Below are positions 49,771 to 61,833 of a stretch of DNA of 64,000 nt, in pieces; the stretch's first letter is position 1, and the number at the start of each line of letters is the position of its first letter. The translations under genes and the position numbers were made by a program. The notes below the pieces were generated by a model. That model was not told the origin of the DNA. It worked only from the letters and a program-made list of their open reading frames with translations, and ran no database searches. The DNA is from Blepharisma stoltei ATCC 30299 (Eukaryota; Protista; Ciliophora), in the NCBI GenBank assembly GCA_965603825.1, contig CBFDEM010000018.1, positions 62,001 through 126,000 of the forward strand, written 5' to 3'.

Positions 49771-51174
49771 ATGAAAGTAAATTTTGGACTTGGCTCGATC
49801 AAAACTCTTATCAGCAACTACCAAAAGCCAAAAAGCGACAGGGAAAATTCTAACTCAGAGATAACCAACGCCAATATGCAGAAGCTATCTAAGCACGGAA
49901 GATCCCAATCAGTTGAAAAAATTCTTTTTAAACGAAGAATCCATAGTATTGAAAACTCTGATAGAGATTTATCTAGCAGGTATCATATTTCTTACAAAAC
50001 ACAATCAAATTTTAAATCACTTGACATCCCACTCAAACAGTTATTGAGAAGCAGCTCTACTGAGCTCAAACCAAGCGTAGAGATTGCCATGGTTTTTAAT
50101 AAAGCTCAGGAAATAGTGAAAAGCGAAAATTGTGATAATCCTTTCGAAAAAATCAAAATTATTTTAAAATTATTTGATTTAATTATAAATGAAGACAAAT
50201 GCTATAAAAACGAAATGATGCTTATAAGAGAAGAAATAAATAAAGCAATATTTGCGAATAAAAGAGAAATTCAAACAGAAATTCTTGAACAGTCGTTAGA
50301 TAAGCATTGAGATATTCTTAAAGATTTAACTGAAGAGATTCCGTATTTTTATATTTATGACATCGCTGTAAAATCAAGTGAAGAAAAAAGGAAAATTATG
50401 AAACAAAATAAGCTAAAAGGACGAATAATAAAAGAAAATTTTGAAAAAAGTCTTAAAGAGAAAGATGCAGTAATTAATAATTTGAAAGGAGAAATCGAGA
50501 TATTAATAGGAAAATTAGAAAAATTGGAATACGAAGCCAAAGAATTTTTAGGTGAAAGAATTGCATTAGAAAACCAATTAAGCAGAGCGTTCAAAAAAAT
50601 AAATGATTTAAATTCAGCATTAGAAAGCCAAGAAGATATTATTAGTGAATATGACAAAATTAAGTACGAATTACAAGAAACACTGAAAAAAACTCAAATT
50701 TTTTCTAACGAAATGGAAACAAAGTTATTTACGCTTCAACAACAAAACCGTGAAATTAAATTTCAATATGACAGCTTATCCGATTCATTTAAAACGTGCC
50801 TATTAAAATTAAAAATTGCTTATAAAGAAAATCAAGATTTTGAAGCAATAATTTCTAACTTAGAATTGCAGAACTCAGAACTATATATTCGTGCAGCAGC
50901 TGGATTTGAAGAACTAACACCAAGACCCGATTTATCAGAAGCATTCGAAGAGGTTGAGATCGAAATGCCTAAGGCGACAACACAAGATAAAGTGCAAATA
51001 TTATGTACTTATATAAAAAAATACAAAGAAAAAACATTTGACAGTCCAAAGAAAAAAGGCAGATCAACCCCAAACAAAAAACATAAGCGAAGACCAAGCA
51101 ATTTGTCTTCAATCGGCGAAGATATAAAAAAGTCAGTATTAGACTCCTCCCGTATAAGTAGCAATAATTCTTAA
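49771..51174 (+). CDS. Coiled-coil protein (LTPRP motif; possibly TSNAXIP1-like)
   Basis: Joined through TGA 50308. Long heptads, AAAGFEELTPRP. Confidence 0.75.
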
Positions 51175-51181
51175 TTGTAAA

Positions 51182-52618
51182 TTAAAAAACTTTTCTTCTC
51201 GAATGGGCGATTTTAAAATTTTTTCCTATAAGTAATTTGTTGATATTTTTTCTGTGTTGTGATATTAAGCTTTTAGCATATTTATTATGCCTTTCCGTAA
51301 TACTATCATCGAATAGTCCCCTACCTGATTTAATTCTTCTTATTTCAGAGGCTTCTAATAAAGCTGTAAATCGTTTGTGGTCGCTATCAATTTGGTACTT
51401 TAGTTTTTTTGCAATTGCAGGCGTTGTCAATGTGGCATCACTCTGGGCAAGAATTGCATCCCTCTCCTGCTTTGTAAAAATTTCGAAAAAATCCTGCTTA
51501 CTAATAATATAAAGTATCAATTTTTCACTTTTTGAGATTGCCTTTGCTTCTCGTGAGGCTCCAATGATGACTTCTCTTTCCCCAAATATTTCGCCGGTTT
51601 TAAAGTTTTTGACTTTTTTAATGTATTTTTCTTCGGTAATTAATGTTTCTTTAAGACTGTCTCCTGTAGGGATACTATTTACTTTTTTTATTGTTATCAG
51701 CATTTCTAAGCTGACCTCGCCTTTCATTATGATGTAAAAATGCGTTGCTGGGGAATTATAGGTGTATATGACTTCGTTTAAGGAAAATTGTTGGCATTGC
51801 AAAGAATTGCAAAAGATTTCGAGCTTGCTGACCCTTCATTTTGAAAATAAAGGAATCTGCCGGATTTGGTCTTTTTCTAGGTAAAGCACTTTCAGCCGAG
51901 GCTTAAATACAAGTAAGTCGTAATCGTGCTTATTTAACACAAATAAAAATACCTTGGAGTCGTTTGCTGATACTGAGTATGTGTATTCTTTTGAGCTTAT
52001 CAGCTCTTTTTCGCCTAAATTATTAAATGGACCTAGGACAGATTTTGTGTCTTCTTTAGTTATAATAACAGTTCCTTTTACAATAAAATAAAGTTTTTCA
52101 GCTAGCTGTCCTTGAACTACAATATTTTCTGAAGGCTCATAATATTCCGATCTCAGCCTATCACAAATATGCAGTCTCGTTGATTTTCCCAATCCATTAA
52201 AAAACCAATATTTTTTACAAAAACTTTCCAAAGCATTTCTTTCAACTGCACTTCTTTCATCTGCTGTTTTTTCTGCTATTAAGCAAACATCCAAATTTTT
52301 AATATCATCATAGCTTCTTATTGTGTCTTGGAAATCTTTTCTGTCTAACAGTCATTCAGGAAATAATTCGGATTTATGTATTTTGCTTTTATTTGGACTT
52401 TTTTTATCTTTTCGAAATGCTTTGATTTTTTCTTTGAGCTCATGGTTAGAGCAGGCAAGTAAAGGAAGTTTTGGGGTGCATGGGACGGTCCAATAATTTC
52501 TTGCTGCAGGCGATGAAGGATTTGTAAGGGAGCTCAAAAATGTGGAATTTACTTCTGGGGATTGGGGCTGGATTGACATAGAAGTGTTTCGGAAGTTTTC
52601 GACAGGAGAGTAATGCAT
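51182..52618 (-). CDS. Tandem cyclic-nucleotide-binding domain protein
   Basis: Three track ORFs are one frame through TGA 52352 and 51836. LYFIVKGTV..LGEKEL and FYIIMKGEV..GEIFGERE..REA. Confidence 0.87.
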
Positions 52619-53644
52619 AGATTATTAATCGGTAATTTTAATAGAATTTTTTTAAATAATGATGGGAGTTTGGTGAGTTTTATAGGTGCGGGAGCATTCA
52701 AAGAAAATTGGTGAATGATCCTTTAAGTATTGTTATTATAAAACAAGACATAATTTTGGTACCTTGAACTTGCCTAAAAAGCTTTTATAAATAGCTATAA
52801 TTAAAAGATTTAATTAAAACAACCTTCAAATTATAAGTTTAGGATAGCTATATTGGGCTTAAAATTATTCTGAAAGAATAATAATTTTTTTTTGATTCAC
52901 TAAAGCATATTCTAATAATTGTTTGTTCGTTTTAACTAATAAATATTTAAATCTAATAGCCAATTATTCGCATTTTGTCTAATCTTTAATCTTTTAAAGC
53001 ATTTTCTAGAAATTAAGAAAAATTTATTACATTCCTACAAAGGCTTTTAAGTTCGATAAAAATTGCTTGGCATACTCTCATACGATTCCATTGTCTATGC
53101 TGAGGATCCTTAATAAATCCTAATTGGTTATTTACTTCAACCTTATTGGTCCTTTAGGCAATAGGCAAGTTTTATAAATGCCAAATTGCATAAGGACCTC
53201 GCAATTGGGTGACTCTTTTTAACCTTCTTAAAGCGATTTGAAGATCAGATAGAAGTCTTGCAAATACTTACAGTTGACTGCATCTTGCTCTATTTGACTT
53301 TCCTCTAGCAACTACTCAGAATAAAGGTTCTATCTTTATATCAGCAGGAAAAGAGACAGAAAATGGCGCATCTAGGATCTAGCCCATAAAATAAAAATAT
53401 TGTGTTAAAAATTGCATTTAAAGAGAGAGTTATTTTATTCTTACTACGATTTCCTTCTCAATGTTTGAAGCTTTATAGGAATCTTCAAAATTATTTCATT
53501 AATATTGAAAATACCCCTAACAATTTTAAGCTATTTTATGAAAATTCCCATCATTTATACTGCAATTAATTTCAGTTTTTGAGCATTTTAGAATTATTTA
53601 ATATATTAAACTATACGATACTTATCATTTGACATTCATTAACT

Positions 53645-53896
53645 TTACTGAATATTGCAGATTTTTTGGTTGTTAAGTTCTTTAAATAGATCAGCTTCCT
53701 CTGCTTCGAATGGAAGTTCATTATCTTCGTTTTTGACTGTAAAAATAGGAGGAAGAATTCTTCGGATTGTAAAGCTAAGGAATTCTTCTTGAGATTTCAA
53801 GTCTTCATTAATTCTCGTATTTGAGGAGGCTTTGGAAGTTTCAGAGTCTTCATAATATTCAAGGGTGCCCGCTGTTGTTTTTGGTGATGATAACAT
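53645..53896 (-). CDS. Small protein with C-terminal CaaX-like CNIQ
   Basis: 83-aa ORF, TAA stop, ends KICNIQ. Confidence 0.55.
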   Translation of the reverse strand: MLSSPKTTAGTLEYYEDSETSKASSNTRINEDLKSQEEFLSFTIRRILPPIFTVKNEDNELPFEAEEADLFKELNNQKICNIQ

Positions 53897-54239
53897 GCTC
53901 TAATTATAATTAAGTAATGGAAAGTAAATTTATCAAACGTGAAAAACTGGAAAATATTATTTTCTTTAATTTTATTATAATTATCCATATTGTAAGAATA
54001 ATGATGAGCATTACATATGATTTATAGTCTATTTTATTGTTTGGTTTGAAGGCTTGCTAAATAAGAGTTATTAATGATGCCAAATAAAATATTTAAAAAA
54101 TATCTATGTGATTCAACAAAATATCTTTATATTATAGCTTTTATATAAAAAACTTATTAAAATCCAGCACTATTTCTAAATTTTTCATTATACAATTTTA
54201 TTTTAGGTGATCACAATAAATTTTTTAAATTTATTTTAG

Positions 54240-56510
54240 ATGGTAGCACACATTTAGGTGCTTAGACGCTTAATAAACAAGAGCAAAGATCTAAAAATCG
54301 TATCCCGAGAAGACACTGATGGACTTCTAGACGTCGAATCAACTGCAAGAAATCAGCTAAGCTCTGCAGGCAATTTTTTAGAAATGACAACGAGCCCCAA
54401 GCACCTTATAACACCTTTAAAAATCCCAAATCTCCTTAGCAGGGCTACTCTCAATGATGAGGATGAACTATCATCAGTCGAAAGACGAAAATTGCATATA
54501 AGGAACACCCCAGTAATAAATTCAAAATATCTCGATGTTTGAAAAAGAATGAGAAACAAGCTGCGAAGTAACGGCTTAATGATCCGTCTAAGACAAGATT
54601 TAAATCTATACGGCACATCCAATGGTATTTACCATCAAAGATCGCAGAATCTTGAAGCTTTATCAAAAAGTCCTGAAGTTACGAATATAATAGAAGTATC
54701 AACAGGAGCTCAAGAAAAATTGCCTATTTTTGTGTTTCATCCGAAGCATACAGCCAGGGTTATTTGAAGTGTTATTTTATTATTGATTTTAGTGTACACA
54801 GCAACCATAACTCCATATAGAATTGCTTTTAAAGACCTAAACAAGGTTGACGAGGAATATGTGATAGATTTGATTGTTGATATTTTATTTTTCATTGATG
54901 TTATTATGAATTCAATGACTGCGTATTTTGACGATGAAGGAAAATTAGTAGAAAAAAGGCTCAAAATATTATGGAATTATATGAAATCTTGGATGATTCT
55001 GGATTTGGTTTCATGTATACCTTATAACTTGTTTATAGATCTTAATGAAGAATTTGCAACAACTAAGAACTGAAATGTGTTGATAAGGCTATTGAGACTT
55101 CCTAGGCTTTATAAGCTTTTCCAAGCTTCTAAAATTATGAGTTTGCTTAGGAGTTACAGAAGAAGCGCATTTTTAGACAAAATTCAAGACTATTTAAGCA
55201 TAAAACACAGCGCGTTTAGACTTTTAAGCACATTTGTGACTATCCTTATATGTGCCCACTTATCTGGCTGCACTTGGTTTTTGCTTGCAAGAGTCTATGG
55301 ATTTTCCCCAAATTCCTGGGTATTTAATTTTAATGATATGGATAAAGATTCCTTCACTTTATACATATTTTCTATATACTGGGCCATAACAACCCTTACA
55401 ACAGTTGGCTATGGCGATATTTCAGCTCAAAATATCGTGGAAAGAATCTACGCAATGCTCTGGATGCTTTTTGGGCTATTTTTTGTATCTTTTGCTATAG
55501 GAAGCTTATCTTCTTTAATGAGTGGTCTCGACACAAAGGAAAATCTTTTAAACACAAAACTGGCTTGTGTTGATGAATTTGCAAAAGAAACCCATTTAAA
55601 TAACAATCTTAGGCATAAAATAAGGTCAGCACTAAGGTATTCAACTGAAAAACAAGGATACTCGTGGAGAGATAAACAGACAATTTTTAATGAGCTGCCG
55701 AAAAACTTGAGATATGAAGTTGCGTTGGCTATGCATAAAGGGGCTGTAAAGTCTATTACATTTTTTTCAAATAAAGATAGAGGCTTTGTAGCTGCAATTG
55801 TGCCGTTTTTGCAGAATTTATTTTTAGCTTTCAGTGAATATGTATATAAACAAGGACAATATAGCGATGAAATTTATTTTCTTGTAAATGGAAGGCTGAA
55901 TTATGTAGAAGAAGAGGAAGGAATTGTTTATAAAAGTCTGCAAAGAGGAAGCTATTTTGGAGATATAGAAGTTATACAAAGAATCCCAAGGAAATACACG
56001 ATTCAAGCTGGCATGGATTGTGATTTGCTATCTATGAATAAATCACTAGTAGACTTCATATTTGAAGAATTCCCTAGTGTAGGGAAAGAAATGAAAACTG
56101 TTGCTGAGCTAAGAGACAAAATGAATAGAAGATCTTATAATGAAATAAAAGAGTTGTTAAGGCTCAGAAAAACCAAAGATTTAACAGGAGTGACAGTCAA
56201 AGAAGTAAGAGAAGTCATCATCAGCAAAGTTGAAAAATTCGATAAAGCTGGTACTAAATCTAAAGAAAAAAACGACGAAGACCTAATGGAACAAATAAAA
56301 ATCTGCATCTCTTCAATTGAGCAGAAAATCATAAAAATTGAAGAAGAATTAATTGAAACCAAAGCCATCACAAAAGCGACCCAAGAGTGTATGGGGCATT
56401 ATGAACGAAACTCTTTGATGGAAGAGTCTGAAGAAGGTATATTAAAAATAAATCAGTCAAACGATTCAAGAAGCTTTAACGTCCTCGGAGATGACATTTC
56501 CTTTGCTTAA
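54240..56510 (+). CDS. Cyclic-nucleotide-binding-domain K+ channel (EAG/HCN/CNG-like); 1 intron, 3 TGA
   Basis: S4 RLLRLPRLYKL, YWAITTLTTVGYGD, C-linker, GSYFGD CNBD. TGA at 54540, 54765 and 55071. Confidence 0.94.
54243..54257 (+). other. 15-nt intron directly after the start ATG (gtagcacacatttag)
   Basis: ATG 54240, then GT..A10..AG with an in-frame TAG, then GTG CTT AGA. Confidence 0.78.
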
Positions 56511-56590
56511 TCCTTATTGTTTTATAAATAATAAATAATTTCCATAAAAAATCTGCATATTAGAAGACGGGCAATATTGGGAGTATAATA

Positions 56591-57295
56591 ATGGATAATT
56601 CTGCAAGGCTTGATATTATAAATCCAATAGCAGATGTGAATCTCATTATTAAAAAAATCCAGAACAATTGTCATAGAACCCTAAATTCAAGTAAAGAATG
56701 CTTTCCATATGTGGAGAGCTATGCATATAAGCATATACCAGAAAATAAGAGCTTTTCTATAATAGATGGGAGTTTTGGAATAAGGGGAAACAATGGTTAC
56801 GAAAACCATTCTCATGAGTCTACATTGAAGCATAGTGATGGGAAATTTACTGTGAAAGGGATGTTTCAAACAAAACGGAAAAATTTTCAGAGCTTGCAGT
56901 CTTGCTTTAAAATTTATAAATCAAAAAGGAATCAAGAATCTGTAAAACAGATGAGATCTTTTGATGCTTCTTGGACAGATATTGTCAAAAAAACTAATAT
57001 AATTCTAAATGATAAGCAAAAAATTCAAAAAATACAAAAAAGCTCGAGAAGACGGTTTTCTACTTATAGATATAGCAGAAAGACGCCTTCACCAACTCCC
57101 ATAATTGACCAAAAAACAGACTCGTCTTATTTAATGTCGAAGTCTTCAAAACTTCATACCAAGCATCAAAAATGTAATCATAGAAAAATAAATTCAACAG
57201 AAACTTCCACGCATGAAAAAAATTCCGATTTTAAACCCGCTATATCAATCGAAACGAAAATTTTGCCAAAGAAAATAAATGAATTTTGGCATTAA
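56591..57295 (+). CDS. Hypothetical basic protein
   Basis: 234-aa ORF, TAA stop. Confidence 0.7.
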   Translation: MDNSARLDIINPIADVNLIIKKIQNNCHRTLNSSKECFPYVESYAYKHIPENKSFSIIDGSFGIRGNNGYENHSHESTLKHSDGKFTVKGMFQTKRKNFQSLQSCFKIYKSKRNQESVKQMRSFDASWTDIVKKTNIILNDKQKIQKIQKSSRRRFSTYRYSRKTPSPTPIIDQKTDSSYLMSKSSKLHTKHQKCNHRKINSTETSTHEKNSDFKPAISIETKILPKKINEFWH

Positions 57296-57668
57296 TTAAC
57301 TAATTTTTTTTGCTAATAAATATATTATTTTGCATGATAGCTTGAATAATGAGGTAGAGCGAAAGGCATCGCTTGTAATTCTAGACAGCTGCAGAAAATG
57401 GTTAATTTATAGCTTAACTATTATAAATAATAAAGGATTTCATGCTTACAGCTAGTTTCTGACAAATTTAATTTAATGAAAAATGTATTTTACAGTTCAC
57501 GATTAAGTAAAAAAAATAAATCATGTAATTTTGAAAATGGATTGAAAAATACTTCAACAATAAAACAGAATCATGCAGAAAAACTTTAAATAATTATCTT
57601 GCAATTATTTTTATTCAAAATTTAACTTCAATCATATCTTAATTGTGGCAATTATAATATAATTTAAT

Positions 57669-58448
57669 ATGAGCGATACATACCAACTGAATCTCTACAA
57701 ACAGATGCATACTATGTTATCATCTCCACCTAAGCCAAGAGACAATAATCAGCCATATCGCAATCCTTTGGTCCCAGACACTCTTGATCAAGCTCCAGCT
57801 TATAAATCAAGATCGTCAGTTCCAGGGTATATGGAATCCTCTAAGCCACTAACTGAAAGACCTCGAGGGATAGCCAGGACTTCTTTATCTGACAAGCACT
57901 CAGGCTCTTTTGCATTTTCATATGAAACACCAGAAGACTTTGTGCCTTCTCGCCGAGTAATTGCTCAAAAGTCCAGCGAAACGTTTGAGCAGCCGATTTC
58001 TGTCAGAAAGTCTGCTTACCAGCCTCCTGAAAGAAATCCTATTACTCAAAACTCAAAAGAACTCGAAGTCCACCAGCCAAAAGTTAGAGGAAAAGGACAG
58101 CCGCCATCTTCATTAGGTGAAGTAATCACCCAGGATAAAAAGCCAGTAGAAGAAACACCTGCAAGGAACTCAATGTATTTCCAAAAGATGAGGAGTAATA
58201 TATTTGATGGCAATGCTGCTGAAGTAGAAAGAGAAAGACCTAAGAAAAAAGTTGTTATGGATAGGCCTGAAGGTGCAGGGTCTCTTTTGCAATATAATTA
58301 TGCGCTTGAATATAGAGACTCTGGTGTGTCTGGAAAGCCAAGTGATCATAAGGTTGAAAAGGAAGCTTTACAGCAGACAAAGGTGTCAAGAGGAATGGCT
58401 GAAGTATTTAAGATGAGAAGAAACCAATCAGCGGTCACTTTCGCTTAG
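57669..58448 (+). CDS. Hypothetical disordered protein (RNP, SNIF motifs)
   Basis: 259-aa ORF, TAG stop. Confidence 0.78.
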   Translation: MSDTYQLNLYKQMHTMLSSPPKPRDNNQPYRNPLVPDTLDQAPAYKSRSSVPGYMESSKPLTERPRGIARTSLSDKHSGSFAFSYETPEDFVPSRRVIAQKSSETFEQPISVRKSAYQPPERNPITQNSKELEVHQPKVRGKGQPPSSLGEVITQDKKPVEETPARNSMYFQKMRSNIFDGNAAEVERERPKKKVVMDRPEGAGSLLQYNYALEYRDSGVSGKPSDHKVEKEALQQTKVSRGMAEVFKMRRNQSAVTFA

Positions 58449-58690
58449 TTTAACTTAGATTTAAATAAAAATTAGCATTTATGTCTTCTTATTTTAATCA
58501 TTTATTATTATTTATACAATTTTGGAATCAAATAAATAACGAAAACAATTTAATTAATTTTTCATAAAATTTTATGTTTTGGATGAATCGTAATTTTAAT
58601 TTATTAAGACTTATAGGTATTAAATCACATTAGCACCAAATTAAAAAGAAGTTAATAGAGCAGCTTCGCTTATATTGTAATAAATTCATA

Positions 58691-58731
58691 TATCCCTTAA
58701 TAAAATTGACATATTTTTCAAGGGTATTTAA
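58691..58731 (+). promoter_or_regulatory. Putative upstream element and TATA-like box of the SRP RNA gene
   Basis: TATCCCTTAATAAA at about -68 and TATTTAA at about -35 to -29 from the inferred 5' end, a type-3 Pol III-like layout. Confidence 0.4.
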
Positions 58732-58759
58732 GGAACGGGTTTTATTATTATTGGGATCT

Positions 58760-59060
58760 GGAGAGGGTAGCGCCTCTCTGTAACGCGAGTGCGAGATTTG
58801 GCTGATTGGAATTGGATGTGGGTCATTCAAGTCTATCAATCATGGACTGCGCAGAGAGTCCGTCCTATTCAAATTAGGGGTCATGTGCGGGGCTTCAAGT
58901 AATTGGGGTTTCGTATATGTTAAAGTGAGAGGGACTGCCCAAGGCTGGAAACAGAGCAGGGATAACTCTCCGTCCTTAATCATGGAAGGATCGCGGACTT
59001 GAGCATTTCTGGTAGGCTTGGTGATACCTATCTGGTCACAAAAGGCTTCCACCAACTTTT
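58760..59060 (+). ncRNA. Signal recognition particle (7SL) RNA
   Basis: Alu domain GAGAGG-gtagcg-CCTCTC-TGTAA-CGC-gagt-GCG. Helix 6 with GTAA tetraloop at about 58889-58912. Helix 8 CCAAGG-CTG-GAAA-CAG-AGCAGG at 58939-58960. About 300 nt, ending in a T-run. Confidence 0.92.
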
Positions 59061-59066
59061 TCTTTT
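59057..59066 (+). terminator. Pol III oligo-T terminator
   Basis: TTTTTCTTTT immediately after ACCAAC at the SRP 3' end. Confidence 0.75.
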
Positions 59067-60145
59067 CATGATATATAAGAATAATATTTATCAATTTAAT
59101 CATAGTGAAATATATTAAATTATTCAGCAATTGTCATTCGCAAATAGCTGAAATGGTTATTGTCTCTATTTAAAGCATCATAAAAGTTCCCAATTTGGTT
59201 TGAGACAGAAATTTACATGCATAATAGAGAATTCCATTGCTAAGATTAATTCTTTTATTATGCGATATTCTGCTGAGCAACATTTTAGTCAATTTCATGC
59301 ATTCAGACTAAAAATAATGGCAATATATCCCTAGGAAGAGCATAAGATTCACAATATGGTTCACCTTAGACTCCATTGAAAGAATATATTTCTATTTGAC
59401 GAAATCTTAAAGTCCTAGTTTAAATTCCTAACTATTTGTTAGTGGAAATTTCGAGTCATAACTGATTTTATATCCTCATCGCCTTTTTGAGTATAAAAGT
59501 TAAGACATTTAGTTGTATGGTCTGAGGTTTAATTTTTTTGCAAATTTTTTAAAGTGCTCTCTTTTTAGTCTTGCCTGAAAATAGCATACTGCAGTCTTAT
59601 TTGTGCTCAAAAGCAGTTAAGCTTTTGTCTTAGATTTGGAAATGGCTAATTAGCACATTCCATGCTTATTCATGAGTTAAGTTATTCTTTCTATCTTATC
59701 AAATAAAATTCTTTGATAAATATAAAATATAAGTCAACTATTTGAGCTAATTTGTAGTTGCATTAAGAATATCGAATTTTCATATTATCTTTAAATAATA
59801 TTGCAATCTATTTCTAGCGGGCTATATTAATTGTCTTTGATGACGTCCTCAGAATATTTAAAAATGATCTCTAACTGAGAGGCTGTCATATACTGCAGTT
59901 TATATGGATGCATAAACTTCCACTAAAGATGACAGAACTATTATGCATTGCGCAGAATTCCAATGCTAATTAATAATCATTCCTTAAAAAAGCGAAAAAT
60001 AATTTTATGCTTTTCTTGCTTCACTTAAATTAAAAAGTTTAATTTTTTATCAGATGTAAAAATCAAAAAATTCGTTGCCAGACTTGATTGGTCACTCCCA
60101 AAGTAATAAATTTCTGTTCAAATTAAGTAATATGGCTATAGTTTA

Positions 60146-60577
60146 ATGAAAACCAAACTGGAGAACTATAAGTTTAAGTGTTATTATGACCATTGCGAGA
60201 AATCTTACTTAACGAAGTATCATCTTCGAAGGCATATCAATTCTGCCCATCTAAATATAAAAACTTTTACATGTCCGGGCTGCTCGAAGTCTTTTTCAAG
60301 CAAACAAAATTTCAAGGAGCACATGCAATTGCAGTGCGGGCACAAGACATCTATAGGAGAAAAAGAAGTCAAAGTAGAGGCTGAGTTGGCCATTCTAAAC
60401 AAGCTCCCTCTGATGGGCAGACTCAGTCAAATTTTCTCTCAAGGAGAAACAATGAGTTTTTCTAAGGCAAAGAACAACAGCAACAGGCCTATGCCAGTGC
60501 TCCCACCAGTAGATGGTGACAGGCAAAGCGTGTGGGGTAATACAAAGATCCCCATTCTTCCAATCCTACTTAATTAG
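60146..60577 (+). CDS. C2H2 zinc-finger protein (second finger C2HC)
   Basis: FKCYYDHCEKSYLTKYHLRRHINSAH and FTCPGCSKSFSSKQNFKEHMQLQC. Confidence 0.88.
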   Translation: MKTKLENYKFKCYYDHCEKSYLTKYHLRRHINSAHLNIKTFTCPGCSKSFSSKQNFKEHMQLQCGHKTSIGEKEVKVEAELAILNKLPLMGRLSQIFSQGETMSFSKAKNNSNRPMPVLPPVDGDRQSVWGNTKIPILPILLN

Positions 60578-61833
60578 ATAAAGCAGGGAGTGTGGTTCTT
60601 TGTGTAAATAAAATAAAGGGTTTATTATAAATTAAGCTGCTGAGTCTATATTTATTGATTTTTGAGAGCTTTTAGCTTATATTTTGTATTTTCGATATAT
60701 AAAGAGTTGTATAAAGAAAGCTCAATGCATTTTGTTTATATTATTGCTACAAATGGATATATTATGTTGGGATCGTCCTAGTATTTTAGAAAGTCTCTAT
60801 AATTTTGATTAGATTGGTTTAAAGAGCATTGTTGTGTTCCATATTTGTGACCAGTTTGGAGGAACTTCGGCTTATATAAAAAATGGGGGAAATTAATATT
60901 AATTTCGGATCTTTAGATAGAAAATTAGTTAACTCTAATATCAGATGAACTATTGATTTATGCCTACCTCTTAAAGAGCCGATTTGGCAAACCAATTCGC
61001 CCAGCATTATTTTAAAGCTATATATATAAAGATTAAAACACCTTATTTTATGTTTTAGCTCTGAGTTTGGGTATTTATTATTGATACTAAATCATTATCT
61101 GATTGTGATGTCTTTGTAAATTGGAATAAATTGTTTTCATCAATTATTTTTATAATTTTATTCTGATTCGCTTTTATCTCATTTTCCTTTTAAAATATCT
61201 AAATTGAAATCTAATTGATTAATTATAAAGAAGATCGTATAAAAATTCAATGATTTTTAACTCTTTGGCTATGATATTTAAATTATCTTCTATCTATATT
61301 TTTGAACCATAAAAATAAACCAGGAATTAAGGATCCTAATTTTTTTGATAAATATAAATAAAGTATTTCAAATAGAATTAAGATAAGCTATTTAAGATAA
61401 TCCATTTATTTAAAGGATTTTAAAATTTTTTAATTCTATCGTCATTTATTTTTAAGATGGCGGTATTGAAGACAATTGATGTTTAAATATTATCTTTATA
61501 TTTAAATTGAGATACTAAATCCTATTTGAAATATTGATAACTTCTGAATAAGAAAGCCTTCTCTTTATATTAGTTTTTTTACAAGTATATAGAATCCCTT
61601 CTAAATATTTTTCATAGATAAAAGAGTTGAAAAATATAAGTTTAATACTTCTCAGCGCAAAAGTAATAATCTCTCTAGACTAATAGGACTAAAGCTCTAA
61701 AAAAAATGGTATTGATTTCTGATTGATTCAAATCTACTCTATTGCATTAATTTTCATATTTTATCTCTTTAAAATTTTCGTTTTTTTATAAGAATAAGCG
61801 TTTTAAATTTATGAAAATTAGCATTAAATAGTA

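Noticed and set aside
53264-53275. ATACTTACAG as a U1 snRNA 5' end
   Set aside because: It mismatches ACTTACCTG, and there is no 70K loop, U1A loop or Sm site downstream.
53515-53522. CCCTAACA as a telomerase RNA template or telomere
   Set aside because: It is a single 8-mer with no extra alignment bases, followed closely by TTTT, and there is no array. CCCTAATCCCTAAT near 41988 is also too short.
58630-59130. Minus-strand track ORFs 58630-58839 and 58840-59130
   Set aside because: They are the antisense shadow of the SRP RNA gene and have no protein features.
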